Shown one piece after another: positions 28,976 to 47,007 of a stretch of 64,000 bases of DNA. The notes under the pieces are model-generated. The model was not told where the DNA came from. It did not search any database and saw only the letters and a list, made by a program, of their open reading frames with translations. This stretch comes from the human T2T-CHM13v2.0 reference genome, Homo sapiens. Position 1 is the first letter of the stretch. Every line of letters begins with the position of its first letter. The stretch lies in assembly GCF_009914755.1 (NCBI RefSeq), contig NC_060936.1; one strand, written 5' to 3'. A program made the translations under genes and the position numbers.

Positions 28976-30250
28976 CTTTTTATTAAATATAATTTACACA
29001 CAGTAAAATTCACCCATTTTAGTACTGCCTTGCAAGTTTTGACACATGCAAACAGTTGTGTAAGAACCACCAAAATGAAGATGTAGAACAGTTGTGTTAC
29101 CCCTCACATTCTTCTGTCCCTTGTAGTCAGTCCAGCTCTCCATCTTCAGTCTCTGGCAACCGCTAATCTGTTTTATACCCTTACAAATGTGCTTTTTCAA
29201 GAATGTGATATAAATGAAATAATACTGTATGAAGCCTTTTAAGCCTGGCTTCTTTTTCTTAGTACAGTACATCTGAGATTTATACATAGTGCCTCTATCA
29301 GAATTCATTCTTTTGTGTTGTTAAGTAGTGTTCTGTTGTGTGGATATACTGAAGATTCTTTATTCTTTTTTAGTTGATGAATAATTTGGTTGCTTCCAGT
29401 CTTTGGTGATTAAAAACACTATAAACATTCGCATATAAGTTTTTCAGAAATTTTCACTTAATTTGAGTAAATACCAAGGAGTAAAATTGCTGGGTTATAC
29501 CTTAAATATTTATTTGATCTCATAAGAAACTGCTAAACTGTTTTTGAGAATGGCTGAACTATTTTGTGTTTCCATTAGCAATATGTGAGTTCCAGTTGTC
29601 CCTCAACCTTGCTAGCATTTGATATTGTTAATTTTTAAATTAATTTTAGCCATTCTAAAAGATGTGTAATAATATCTCATTGTTCTTTTAATTTACATTT
29701 CCCTAAATGACTAATGAATGTGAACATTTTTAATATATGTTTTTTTCCACTGTATATATTCTTTGGTGAAGTAACTAAGTATTTGATCTCATGCCCATTT
29801 CTTTATTGGGTTGTTTTCTTTTTCTTTTCTTTTTTTTTGAGACAAGGTCTCTCTCTGTCACACAGGCTGGAGTGCAGTGGCACAATCTTGGCTCATTGCA
29901 GCCTCGACTCCTGTGCTCAAGTGATCCTCCCATGATAGCCTCTCAAGTAGCTGGGACTGCAGGCACACGCCACCAATCCTGGCTAATTAAAAAGTAAACT
30001 ATTTGTAGAGATGGTGTCTCATCATGTTGCTCAGGCTGGTCTTGAATTCCTGGGCTCAAGTGATCCTCCTGCCTTAGCCTCCTAAAGTGTTGGAATTAGA
30101 GGTTTGAACTACTGAACCTGGCCTCGGTTTTTTTTTTTTTTTAATTGAATTTTGTGAGTTCTTCAAAATATTCTGGGTAGAAGTCCTTCATCAAGTATGT
30201 GATTCGCAGATATTTTCACATAAACTGTGATTTGTCTTTTTATTCTCTCT
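28976..30250 (-). mobile_element. L1MB-type 3' end
   Basis: cagtaaaattcaccc, ctggcaaccgctaatctg, agccattctaa; AluJ inserted. Confidence 0.85.
29814..30123 (-). mobile_element. AluJ
   Basis: gcagcctcgactcctgtgctcaagtgatcctcc. Confidence 0.92.
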
Positions 30251-30784
30251 TCAGTAAGCATTATTGAGATATATAATTGATGTACAGTAAACTGAAAATG
30301 TTCTTTGTACAGTTTAGCTTTTTGAATTGTATAAAGTATACAATTTGGTAGGTTTCGACATGTGTATCCTGTGAAACTATTAACACAGTCAAGCTATGAA
30401 TGTGAACATATTCATCACCCTCAAAAGTCTTTTCTTGCCCCTTTTTAACCTCTGGCTATCCCCAGGCAACCACTAATTTGTTAGTTTATTTTCATAACAA
30501 ATTAGTTTGCATTTTCTAGGATTTTATATAAATGAAATCATACAATTTGTACTCTTTTAGTCAACAAAATTATTTTGAAATTGATCCATGTTGTTTCATA
30601 TAGCAAAGTTCATTTTTATTTTATTGCTGAGTAGTATTCTATTGTATTGATACACCATAATTTGTTTAGGTATCCACTTCTTGATAGGCATGTGAGTTAT
30701 TTCCAATTTTTGGTTGTTACAAATAAGACCACAATGAACATATTGTTTTATGTTATATATTGGATATGTTAGGCATATATTTAA

Positions 30785-31080
<296 letters not shown>

Positions 31081-31105
31081 AAGTGGATTATATTCTTGAA
31101 AATGA

Positions 31106-31426
<321 letters not shown>

Positions 31427-31438
31427 GGCATATATTTA

Positions 31439-31617
<179 letters not shown>

Positions 31618-32159
31618 TTACATTCTCACCAGCAATGTTTGAAAGTTCTGGTTGATCCATGTTGTCACTCAACATGGCCAATCTATTTTTTGCCATCCTC
31701 ATAGGTGTGTAGTGATATCTTACTGTGGCTAGAATTTGCTTTTCCTTAATGACTAATCATATTGAGTACTGTTATATTCTTATTTGCATTTTTTATATAT
31801 TCTTTGGTGAAGAGCCTGTTCAAGTCTTTTGTGCACCTTTGAAATTGAGTTGTTTTCCTTGTATTCAATTTTGGAGTCCTTTATGTATTCTGAATATTAC
31901 CCAATAAGTGATTTGCAAATATTTTCTCTCAGTCTATGGCTTGTGCTTTCATTTTCTCGTGAAAAAAGGAAGAATTTTTAGTTTTTATAAAGTTGTTTTT
32001 TTTCAATTTTTTTTCTTTCAAGATTCATGCTTTTAGTTACTTACATGGTTACTTGGAAATAAAAATATTTTCCATGCTTTGAATAATCCCGTAAGTGAGG
32101 AAATAAATCTCTGAAGACTGGGCAGGAATGGCAGGTCACCACAAATAGCAACAAACTTA

Positions 32160-32296
32160 AGCTGGGTGGAGTGGCAGGGGCCTGTAATCCCAGCTCCTTG
32201 GGAGGTGGAGGCAGGAGGATCACTTGAGCCTAGGAGTTGGAGATTAGCTTGGGCAATGTAGCAAGACTCTGTTTCTTGAAACAAAACAAAACAAAA
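32160..32296 (+). mobile_element. FLAM_A-like monomer
   Basis: Single monomer with (AAAAC)n tail. Confidence 0.85.
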
Positions 32297-34585
32297 CTCT
32301 CAGTTCTGGGGAGAACGATGGTGTGTGGTATGGGATGTATCTGTGGAACTATAGTTTGTACATCTTCCTTGTTGAAGGTATGAGGAAAAAAATCTACTTC
32401 ACACTGTTGCTGGTAGTTATCTCTGATTGTGGAAGAGGAATGCAGTGAAGGAGATGCAATAAGAAATCATTAAGAGACATTTGAGCTATACATTTAGTTG
32501 GGACAGTGCACTTTCAACAGGACAGCATGAGTCTTTCTGTAGACCCACTTTCCGGTGAAACTGGAAAAAGCAGTCATTTGGTCTCGAAAAATGGTCCTAA
32601 GAACATATAGCAAATGAAAAGACATTTATTCAAGAATATCTACTAAAACTTGGTAAGAACATTGAATTTCTGTGGTATTGAACCAAGACCCACTCCTTTT
32701 CCTCTTTCCCAGCTTGCTGAGATAGAAACTTCACTCCAGACTGGTGCAGCCAAGAACACAAGATTACCTGTTCCTTTATTTCCTAGTTGGAGGGTATCTT
32801 TCTCAAAGGAATAGGATATCAAGATTTTTTTTTTTAGTGGCCTGTTGGTGAGGTCAAGTTCTGGATGAGTGGGGCTGAGAGGCAGGAACTATTTCTTACT
32901 CATGGTACAGAGGCTGTACCTGTGTACAGTACCACTGAGAATACTGAAGGCACAGTCACCCATGCCCCAGCTTGTAATCCAGCAGTTCCACATTGGGAGA
33001 GGCAAGTTGAGACCCGAGGCTGTTGCCCCAACTCCACAAAGTGTTTTTGTCCTCTAGCTGGGTTGTCATTCAAAGAGAAGTGCACCATTGTTCCCCAGCT
33101 CCAGAGATAGAGACTTGCCTAGGGGGAGAAGTATGCTGTAAGACAGAGTTCTAAATCTCTTTCTAAAGCAACTAACTTCATTTGCTGGGGAGAAGTTCAG
33201 GCCTAAGAGTATTCAAAAACAGGAGGGTGCGGTGAGAGACAGTTAGGAGGAGATTGGTAGGTGCAGTGGAGATAAATAAACTGTAGAAGGGCTAGTTTGC
33301 TGGAGAGAACCAGGGAAATGAAGAGCTGGGAGGAGTCTTTTTGGGGTCAGAACAAATCTCAAACATTGGCCCCCGAAACTATTCCTTTAAAGGAACCCAG
33401 ATTTGTTTTGATTGACCTGTGAAGCAATTTATGCTTCAGCACATTGTTGAAAACAATGGAGTAATCAGCCAGCAATTGGTGATGCCTAACAACTGGATGT
33501 GGTCAAAGAAAGAGGAAAAGAGTGCCCTGCCAAAACCACTGTCATTTCATGGTGACTTTGGGACTATCCAAGGCTGTGCCTCCTGAGGAGGAACATGAGG
33601 GGCTTCACACAGAGGGGAGATTGGGAGAAATATGCTTCACTAAAACAATCCAGCCAGTGACTAAAGAAATAACAGTAACATACCCCAGAGTGGGGCAATC
33701 AATATCCAGAGTGGCTATAATATATAAAATGGTCAGTTCCCAACAAAAAATTGTGAGATATGTAAAGAACATCAAAGAATGAGCTATACACCAGAAAAAA
33801 AGCAGGCAACAGAAACTGCCTGTAAAAGTGACCAGATTTTGGAATTAACTTCAAATAGCCATTGTAAATATGTTCAGAGAAGTAAATAAAATCACTATTA
33901 AGTAAAGCAATGTATGGTGACAATTTTTTATCAAATAGAGAATGTCAATAAAGATACAGAATTATTAAAAAGAACTAAGTGGGATTCTATAATTGAAAAA
34001 TATTAAGGCTGAAATGAAGAGTTCACTAGAGGGACTGAGTCACAGATTTGTACTGGCAGAAGACAGAATTAGTTAATTTAAAGATAGATCAACAGAGATT
34101 ATGCAGTGTGAAGAGAAAAAAAGCATGGAGAATAATCAACAGAACCTCATAGAAATGTGGGACGCCATGAAGTGTACCAACGTACACATAATGGTAGGAC
34201 CAGGAGAGAACAGAAAAGAACAGAAAATGGAAGAAGGACTGAACATTTTTCTTTCATTGCCAAATTTATTCACAAGTTTATTGAAAAACATTAATCTATA
34301 TGTCTTGGACCCTCAGTGAACTCCAAGTGAATAAATGCAGAGAGATTCACAGACACATCATGGCATAGGTTAAGGATAAGGAGGAAATCTTGAGAGCAGC
34401 AACATAAAAACATGTCATCACTTACAAGTGAACCCCAATAAAATTAATAACTGCCTTCTTATCAGAAAGAATGGAGGCCAGAATGCAGTGGGATAAGATC
34501 AAGGGCTTAAAGGGGAAAAAACCAAACAAACCTGTCAACCAAGAATTCTGTATTCAGGAAATCTGTCTTTGAAAAATAAAGGCAA

Positions 34586-34955
<370 letters not shown>

Positions 34956-34961
34956 TTACAA

Positions 34962-35602
34962 TGACACAGGATTTTTTTTGGCCCCTTTGCCAGGGTCACA
35001 GCAGGGGGGCACCCTGTCTACTTGTCCCACCTGGGCTAAGTCTGACTTGTGCACCAGCACAGCCTGCAGCTAGACCAGGGGTGTCCCAGCTCACCTGTGC
35101 TATAGCTTGTACCCACATTCAGTGGTTCCCAAGCTCTTGTCCCCCATCCGAGAAGAATGGGGATACACTGACAGTTGAAGAGTGAGGAAGGCGGAGAATA
35201 ATTTTATTGAATGACAGAACAGCTCTCACCAAAGAGAGGACACGGAAGTGGTCCCTCTCTCAGTGTGGCTGAGTCCAGGGTTTTTATGGCCTCAGAATAG
35301 GGGAGTGTGTGCTGATTGGTTTCCTAGTATGCAGAGAAAGGCTAAAGCAGAGGCACCACTCAGAGGTGGGCACAGCAGGGTAGAAAACCAATTAGGAAAG
35401 AGTAGGTGTATGTAAAATAGTTGAAGGGTAGAGATCAATCAGAGAAAAGTGCACCAAATGGGAAGACAGGTTCTCAATCCAGTCCATGGATTTGACTTGT
35501 AGCTTGGCTTTCAGGCTTTAAACTTTCTTTGGCTTGGGAGTGGGGTTTCACCAGGGAACCATCCCTATCTGCCTGGCATTTGACTGCCTCCTGTCACTAC
35601 CA
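34962..35602 (-). mobile_element. Solo ERV1 LTR (MER50-type)
   Basis: TG...CA termini, 4-bp TSD acaa/ataa; reverse complement starts tggtagtgacaggaggcagtcaaatgccaggcagatagg; CCAAT, TATA-like box and AATAAA in order on the - strand. Confidence 0.85.
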
Positions 35603-35775
35603 ATAAGAAGTACTAAAGGAAGTTACTTGGACTGAAAGCCGGCGATCCCACATAGTAATTTAAATCCACACACACAAAATTGACAAAAAGCACCACCAGC
35701 GAAGGTAATTATATAATTATAAAAGATAGTATAAATGCATATTTCTTTTCCATTTCTTAATTGATTTAAAAAGCA

Positions 35776-36342
<567 letters not shown>

Positions 36343-36919
36343 TTAAAATGCAATATATTTGCCAGTTACAGTGTGAGGAAAATTTGTTGGCACAAAACTA
36401 CTTAACTGAGGAAATGACTCTTGATGGTAATTTGAAGCCACGGGAACAAGGAGAACCAGAAACAGTAAAAAAGAGCAAACTCCCTTTGCTCTTTTTATTC
36501 TCTCAGCTTTTAAAAAAGTTGTAAAATTATGTAAAGTAATAACTATAACAAGTATTGTTCAGCTTATAACATTTATAGATGTATAAAACAGTGATATCAC
36601 AAAAAGGAGGAAAAGGAAATAGAGCTATATAGGAGTAACATCTTCACATCTCAGTGTGATTAAGTTAGCATAAATCTGAAGCTGGATCTGATAAGATGTA
36701 TATGGGAAGCCCTAGAGCAAACATGAAGGAAAATCAATGACAAAATGCTACATTAGGAAATATTGATGTAATGCAAAAAGAAAGCAATAAAGAAGGAGGA
36801 ATGGAGAAACAAAAACATGAGATACACACAGAACAAAAAGTAGATTAGCAGGTCAAAATCTAGTTATATCAATAATGACAATTAATGTAAATGGATCAAA
36901 CAGTCAATTCAGAAGTTAG

Positions 36920-37050
36920 AATCCAGGTGTGGTAAAGTACACCTGTAGTCCTAGCTACTCAGGAGGCTGAGATGGGAGGATTGCTTGAGCCCAGTAGTTA
37001 AGAGCCAGATTGGGTAACATAGCAAGACCCTGTTTACAAAAATTTTAAAA
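36920..37050 (+). mobile_element. FLAM_A-like monomer inside L1 ORF2
   Basis: Single monomer. Confidence 0.8.
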
Positions 37051-39489
37051 AGGCAGAGACTGGAGATTGTCAGACTGGATAAAAAATACAGAACTCAACT
37101 CTATGCTCTCTACAGGAGACACACTTCAGATTCAAATATATGGATTGAAAATAAAAGGATGACAAAAGATTTATTATGCAAATTATAACCATAAGAAAGC
37201 TGGAGTGGCTATATTAATATCAGGCAAAATAGACTTTAAAACAAAAAAAAGTTACTGAAGCTAAAGAGGGACATTTTATATTCATAAAAAAATTGCAGTT
37301 CATTAAGAAGACATAATAATTGTAAATTGTGAATATCTGCATCTAACAACAAAGCTCCAAAATAGTATGAAGCAAAAACTGATAAAGGGAGAAAGAGGCA
37401 ATTTAAAAATAATGGTTGCAGACTTTAATACCCCTCTTTCATTAACGGATAGAACAACTTGGCAGATGATCAACAAGGAAATATAAGACTTGAACAGCAT
37501 TGTAAGTCAACCAGACCAAACAGACACTATCCAAGAGTAGCAGAACACTATCCAACAGTAGCAGAATATGGATTTTTCTGTAGTGCAAACGGAATATTCT
37601 CTAGGAAACACCATATGCAACACTGTAAAAGAAACCTTATTACATTTAAAAAGAAATAATACAAAGCATGTTTTCAAAGCACAATAGAATGAAATGAGCA
37701 ACCAACAGAAAGAAATTTGGGAAACTTAAAAATATGTAGAAATGGAACATGTTCCTAAAGTAACTAGTGAGTGAAAGAAGAAATCAGAAGTAAAGTTGGA
37801 AAATACTATGAGATTAATGAAAATGAAGAAATAATATACTAAACTTATGGGTGCAGTTAAGGTAGTGCTTAGAGGAAAATCTGTAATTGTAAATGTCTAT
37901 TAAAAAAGAAGAAAAATCTCAAATTGATACAGCCGTCTACCTTAAGACACTGAAAAAAGAGCAAACCTAAACCTAAAGCAAGCAGAGAAAGGAGATAATG
38001 AAGGTTCAAGAAGAAATTAATGAAATAAAAGAAAAACTAGTTAAATCAAAATTAGTTAAATCAAAAGCTGGGTCTTTGAAAATATCAACAATTTTGCCAA
38101 AATATTTAGCTAGATTGTCTAAGAAAAAACAAAACACAGATTACTAGAATTAGAAATGAAAGAGGAGACACTGCTACCAATCTTACAGAAATAAAAAGGA
38201 GTGTAAAGGAATAGTAGCAGCTGTATGCCAATAAATTAAATAACTTAGATGAGATGGACAACTTTCTAGAAAGATACAAACTACCAAAATTGACTTAAAA
38301 AAAAAAGACAATGTAAATAGACCTATAACAAATAAAGAGATTGAGTTAATTATTATTTTTTTAAGAAGCCACCTACAAGGTAAAGCAAAGGCCCAGATGG
38401 TTTAACTAGGGAATTCTGCCAAACATTGAAAGGAAAATTAGTACAGATTCTTCACCAACTTTTGCAAGAAATAGACTTAGTTGGGGACAGATGTACCTTC
38501 TTACAGCAGTTGGTGTGGGAATGGGTAACCAGAGCACTAGGGAAATAGCAGTAAGTTATTTATCTTCCCCTGTGACTGGAGATTAAGATCCTTGCTTTGA
38601 GTGGAAACTTTTTTTTCATATATAGTAGCTTCCTGCATTCAATTATCTTGTAACTAGTTTATAAAACTTTTAACTTCCTTAAAAGACATTGTATTGCCTG
38701 AGTGAGGGAAACCTTTTGAAGGCAGATTATTGATTATTGAATCCGAATTTATTTAAAAATTTTAAATAAAATGTTTAAAGTGTGTTTATAAGATTATACC
38801 AAATACTAGTTGTATTTCTAGGTTCTAATATAATAATGTTAATTTAAAGACATTACTAAATTACTTATATTCAGGTTTTTAGTTAACCTAATTTTTAGTT
38901 ACAAGAATAAAGGACCCTTACATGTTCCTTGAATCATTTGGTGTAAACTTAAAGAGTATAAGCTGGGGCTGAATTGGCTGATTTTTAAAAATCACTTTTC
39001 CCTGGAAACTTGTTTATCATACCTGTCAAAGATCATTTGTATGCGTCTCACTTGAGTATTAGAGATCTTTGAGGTTGGTAGGTCAACTTTTAGCATCTTT
39101 TTCCCCTTTGTGTGTATGTATGCATGTGTGTACATGTTTGTGTGTTGTGTTTAATATGAATTGTGGCATACTTTTTTACCATTTGGGATATAAATTATGG
39201 CTTCCCATGAGCGTCCCAATATGCAGCACTGGTGGGACTCTAAGAGACGATTCCTCCCTCCAAAGTTTCTAAACGTTTTTGTTAACTATTACAGGAAGTG
39301 AGTTCAGACTCCTGTTACTGCCAACACACTAGGCAGCCATGTACACATACAAAATGATAATAATAGTGGCTAACATTTGTTGAATGCTTGAGTTTTATGA
39401 GGCATTGTGGCCAGATAATTGTTCCATCCAAAACTTAGATTATTTGTAAACATTTTCAATTTACTGCTGTTCTTGATTTTGAGCTACGG

Positions 39490-39703
39490 CAGTAGTTCTC
39501 CATAAGGGGTAGTTTTGCTTCACAGAGAACATTGGGCAATGTCTGGAGATATTTTTGATTGTCATAGCTGGGGAGTGCTGCTGGCATTTAGTGAATAGTG
39601 GCTAGGGATACTGCTGAATAATGTATAATGCTCAGGATGGTCCCCCCATAAAGAAGAATTATCCAGCCTGAAATGTTAATAGTGCTGAGGATGAGAAACC
39701 CTG
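39490..39703 (+). mobile_element. MER20 (hAT-Charlie)
   Basis: cagtagttctc...ggcaatgtctggagatattttt...aatagtgctgaggatgagaaaccctg. Confidence 0.9.
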
Positions 39704-40707
39704 GCCTGGAGTGATTGTGCGTTCATCCTATGAGCCATGATTCTTGCAGGTTTGAGGGAAAATGATGCTTTCTTTTAGTGTTTGGTTGAACTATATTTTC
39801 ATGCTAGTACTTTAGGACGTAAGCTGACAACCAGAATGTCTAGCTCCAGAAAGTTTGCAGTGTTTGCCATCTCAGAGAAAACCTAGAACTATTTTTGGAT
39901 CATTGCCCTCTATGCCTGACAGAGTCTTCCAGAATGTCTATTTCTATGTGCAATAGGGATTTTATCTAAGAGGCTTCATTGCTCTTTTATGCCCTTGGGT
40001 TTTGGTTAGGGCATCCTTATCACATCCAATAAGACTCCATCTGAATCCAGGTGAGAAAAGAATTTTAAGTTTTCAAATTTTTTCTCTCTCAGAAGTTTCT
40101 GGATTCTTTTTTGAAAATTTATTCATTACTGTTCTTACAATTTGATGCGTTACTAGTTTCATGGAAGGGAGAATAACATTACAAAGCATTTTAAAGCTTT
40201 GCTATATTGGAACTGTCTGTTTTAAGGCAGGAGAAACATTAACTCATTAGCTCAGCCAATGTCATATGAGCTAAGTAGTTTGGTGAAGTCATGATTCCAC
40301 TTTAGGTATGCTCTAAAATAAAGGCATACTGTGTTAATTTTACTGCCAGATGGATGCAAATAGAATTTAGTTTAAATATATTAAGGAACTAATCTTTTCA
40401 TTTTATAAGTTATTCAGGATCATACTTTTTTCTGCTTTAAGTACTTTATTGCTGTTGCTTATCTTAGTAATTTCTAGCTGGTAAACTTAACCTTTCGAAG
40501 AATGTTTTAACCTACGTTGTTGTAATAATTGGTGAAAATCCGGTGGTACCATATTTCTCTGAAATAATTTACTTCCAGTAACTAATTAATACAATGTTAG
40601 GCAAGAGAGTATTTGCTTACATATATTTAGATATGTGTTTCTAATTAGAGAACTTTTGACATGTTACAATTTTTATTTCAGGCAGTATACTTCATGAGAC
40701 TCTACAG

Positions 40708-40881
40708 CAGTGATTCTCTAACTGAGGTTCCCCAGACCAGCCGGATCGGCATCATCTGGGAGCTTGTTAGAAATGCAAATATTCAGACCTACTCAGTCAG
40801 AAACTCTGGGGTTAGGGCCAAGCAGTCTGTTTTTAACAGGTCCTCCAGGTGATTCTGAACCTTGCTAAAGTTTAGGAACTG
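40708..40881 (+). mobile_element. MER5A
   Basis: catcatctgggagcttgttagaaatgcaaat; perfect 8-bp TSD ctctacag. Confidence 0.92.
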
Positions 40882-41249
40882 CTCTACAGAGAGTGACTTG
40901 TTGAAATAAGTTCACTTGATTTTAATCCAGTATATTTGTCTTGTTCTCCTTTTGTTCAAACTACCACATTTTAAACTTGTATTACTTGTGGGAAGATAAA
41001 CTGTCCAAATTTCTGGCTGAACTCAAATAGCTCACATGAAGCGTTTAAAGAAAGACAGTTTGAGAAATATTATTTCAAGGGTCAGGATAGGTGTTTATAT
41101 AAATCACTATTTTAAAAAAGCCCTCAAAATATTTAATTTAAAATCCTGTACTGTGGGAGTATGATTGTTTGGTACTGAGGAGCTGCTGAGTTAAACAGAT
41201 TCCTGAGACATGAAATCAAAGGATTTTTTTAAAAATTCACATGCTTCTA

Positions 41250-41733
<484 letters not shown>

Positions 41734-42525
41734 GGAAACTTTAAAAATGGAAATTAGGATGATAATATATAAGAAGAGGTAGTATGCTGAAAACTGCAAT
41801 CATTTAAAGAAAAGAAGTCTAAAAATATATTCTAAAAGTTCATAGTATAGTATATATTGTATAGAGATGTTCTTTTAAATAGTGGTAGAAAAGAATTCCA
41901 GATTTGGATGCTTATAATAGTACTGTTAGTCTATTTGAGAATTTAATTGTAGTGTAATAAGTATTAATGCTCTAATTAATGTGTTCATAATGACTGAATT
42001 GCCATTGAGATGATAGTGTATTGTGTATAATATATAGAAGATACAATCACATTAAATGTACAGAGCTGTGCTATTATCTATAGCTTGCAAATCTTTGGGC
42101 CTTTCTTCTTAATAATGCACAAGCAGTACATTAATATTGAGATACTTCAACTGGTGACCTTAATTTTTCTCCGTGTAAGTCAAATTTTTTATATGCAGGT
42201 TATACTACTAAAGTCTTAACTTGAGTCTATCCCTAATTATCTTTCAATATAGGTGCTACATATTTTATTCTTGCTGGTAAACTAATTTTTATTTTATGTT
42301 AGTTTAGCTTATTATACATTAGCCTTTCTTAGCGTTGTCGTAGATTATAGGGACTAAGTACAGGGACTGTTGTCTTTAAAGTTTATATTTTTTATATAAA
42401 TATATATTTTATTTTTTTATATAAATATATATTTTATATTTTATAAAGTTTATATTATACTCAACAAGTAGAATTTTAACAAACTGGACTATTTAGTAAT
42501 TTTACTAATAAGAATGGTTAAAACC

Positions 42526-42816
42526 GGCCAGGCCCAGTGGCTCACGCCTGTAATCCCAGCACTTTGGGAGGCTGAGGCAGGTGGATCATCTGAGGTCAGG
42601 AGTTCTAGACCAGCCTGGCCAACATGGTGAAACCCTGTCTCTACTAAAAATACAAAAATTAGCCGGGTGTGGTGGCAGGCGCCCATAATCTCAGCTTCTC
42701 AGGGGGGCCGGGGCAGTGGAATCGCTTGAACCCGGGAGGCAGAGTTGCAGTGAGCCGAGATTGCGCCATTGCGCTCCAGCCTGGGGGACAAGAGCGAGAC
42801 TTCTCCAAAAAAAAAA
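42526..42816 (+). mobile_element. AluSq-like
   Basis: TSD aagaatg(g/c)ttaaaa. Confidence 0.95.
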
Positions 42817-43389
42817 GAATGCTTAAAAGCCCAGTTTATATGTGTTCCCCCCACAACCCGCAAGAAAATGCCTTATTATAGATCTAGGATATAGATGGCA
42901 GAGTAGAGGTAACCTCTTATGGTGTTAATTTGCTATTTTTCACTTCCAACTTCAGGGTATCTAACCTCATCATAACTCTGGGTAGAGGCCAGGAATATAT
43001 ACATTTCGTGTAAAAAAGAATATTCATAAGTTGAATGTATGTTAGTACTTAGTGCTGTTTTTGATATTTGTGTGTATATAGATAGGTAGAGAAGGCAGAG
43101 AGAGAAGTAATAAAAGACTGCAGAGAGAGTAATAATAAGAAAAAGACTATAGGTCCTAGATAGATCTATATTTGCTCGGAAGTTATATACAGTGTATGTA
43201 GTTTACTACACAGTGTATTTACTTAGGTTAGTAAGAAAATCAGTGTTTTCAGAGTTTCTACTTAATTTTTATTTAAATTAATTTAAATTTTTAAATAAAT
43301 GACGGTTCATTTACATATTAATTATACTTCAAAAATCATATAATATTTTATGTATTAATCTGAATTAAAATCTTTGGAAAATAATGGGC

Positions 43390-43950
43390 TGTTTTTCATC
43401 CTAAAGCTGATACTGGTTAATTATAGAAAATCTGGAAACATCTGAAAAAGTATCTGGAAGAAACTGTAAATCCCATGTGAACCTACCACTCAAAAATAAT
43501 TACAATTAATATTTTGGTTTATTTCTTCCCAGTCTTTTAAAAAATAAATTTTTAAAATTGGCATCACTCATATCTTTATTAGTTTTTTAACCTATTATAA
43601 ACAATAACTTTTCCATATCTTTAGTTTTTAGATAATTTTAATAACTTCATATTTGTGTCATAATTTTAACTTCTTTTTATTGTCATACATTTAAGTTACC
43701 CTTTTGCTTTAATGTTATAAATTTTGTGGTGAATCTTCTTGTTCATAAATGTATTTATAAATCTGTAAATCTTTTATCTGTGTCTGATTATTTCCTTTTA
43801 TATTTCTAGAGGGGTAATTACTAAGTCAGGAAATATAAATGTTTTCAAGATTCTTAATGTATATTGCCAAGTAGCCATCCAGAAACACTGATCCAATTTA
43901 ACATCCACTAGCAGTATGTAAAATGTCTATAAAATAATACTTTTGTCACC
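43390..43950 (-). mobile_element. L1ME-type 3' fragment
   Basis: tgattatttcctt, atattgccaagtagcc, ccactagcagtatg. Confidence 0.6.
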
Positions 43951-44469
43951 AGTTAGTATCATAATTGCATTTTAAAAATCTTTACTATTTCATTTGTGAA
44001 AAATTGTACTTTGTTCTGTCAAATATTGTCAAAATACTGAAAATGTTATTTTACATTATAGTTTTAAGTGGATTAATTGAACATTTAAAAAACATACCTG
44101 GACTTTATCAATTTAAATTAAAATGTAGTTTAGTAGAACATTGTCAACAGCCAGGAGATTTGGAAATATTTGGTCATTGTAATGGTAAGAGGATCCATTG
44201 GGAATCACCATTGATTAATAGACTTTCACTTGAACTTTAGGTCTTGCCTCTGATCATTATTTGGATTTTTAGAGTAATTCTCATTAGTTTTCTGTCATCT
44301 TTTAGTTTTGCCAAATCAAAACTTGGCAGTTTTATTAAAATAATAATTTATTCAATAATATTATTGAAATAAAGCAGCTTTAAAAGCAAGAGAAAATTCA
44401 TACTGAGAAGTATTTTTCTATAGAAAAATAAATCCTTGCTCATTTATCAAATTTTAGGAATGGCTGTTA

Positions 44470-44705
44470 TAATGTAGGAATGTAAGAGCGCTGCTTTGAA
44501 ATTAGACTTTTTAGTAACTTATTAAGATTATGTCATTTGCTTACAATATTTATATTGGATAAATTGTCTAACTTCTAGGCCTCAGTTTCCTTATCTATTA
44601 AATAAGATTAAAAACAGTTTCTTACAAGGATTGTGAAAGTTAATACATGTAAAGTACTTACTTAGCAGATTGCCTAGTAGTTGGTAAATGCTAACTACAT
44701 GCTGG
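44470..44705 (+). mobile_element. MIR
   Basis: ggcctcagtttccttatct...gttaatacatgtaaagtactta. Confidence 0.75.
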
Positions 44706-44729
44706 TTATAGTTTAGCAGATTTTGATAG

Positions 44730-44980
44730 ACTTATTCATTCAACAAGTATTTACTAACCACTTACAGTGTGCCACACACTTTGTAGACATTGCTGATACA
44801 AACTGACAATCATCTGATGGAACTTACACTGCAGTTAGGGATGAGGGGGTAGAATTTATCTTGAAAATTAAAATAACCATAAACAAGTGTTTAAAAACTT
44901 GGGATAAATGACTTCATGGGAATAAATGGCCTTATAGTTAAAGAATGACTTCTGCCTTTTGGGGGAGGAGTACTTTGCAC
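44730..44980 (-). mobile_element. L2 3' fragment
   Basis: ttcattcaacaagtatttact...tgtgccacacact. Confidence 0.7.
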
Positions 44981-45212
44981 TGTTTTTGTTTTCTGTATAA
45001 GTTTTATTCATATGAAAAGTGATGTGATTAGTATCTGCTTTTTTTCATTTGGGAAACTCAAGCTGATAGAAAATAAAGCATCTGATTTTTATATGGTAAT
45101 ACATGTTGGAATTAATGATACTATAATAATTTATCTGAGAAGGGAAGAAGGAATTGCTTTTTTGGTAACTAAACAGCAGAGTACATTTACATTTTAAAGT
45201 AAATTGATATAA

Positions 45213-45546
<334 letters not shown>

Positions 45547-45689
45547 TAAAATTGGCCTCCAAAATTAAAGAAAAATATAGCATTTACTTTTAAGAGTAAT
45601 ATTTGTTTTTAAAATTACTTATGAAGTAGTTTTCAATCTCACTAAATCCCCCACTCCCATAAAAACAGAGCTGAAAGAAATCATACTAC

Positions 45690-47007
<1,318 letters not shown>

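Noticed and set aside
39779-40056. Possible 272-nt exon ending CAG|GTGAGA
   Set aside because: No long ORF in the track and several competing AGs; unsupported.
44351-44368. 18-bp palindrome ttcaataatattattgaa, and an AT palindrome at 38748-38770
   Set aside because: Expected by chance in AT-rich DNA.
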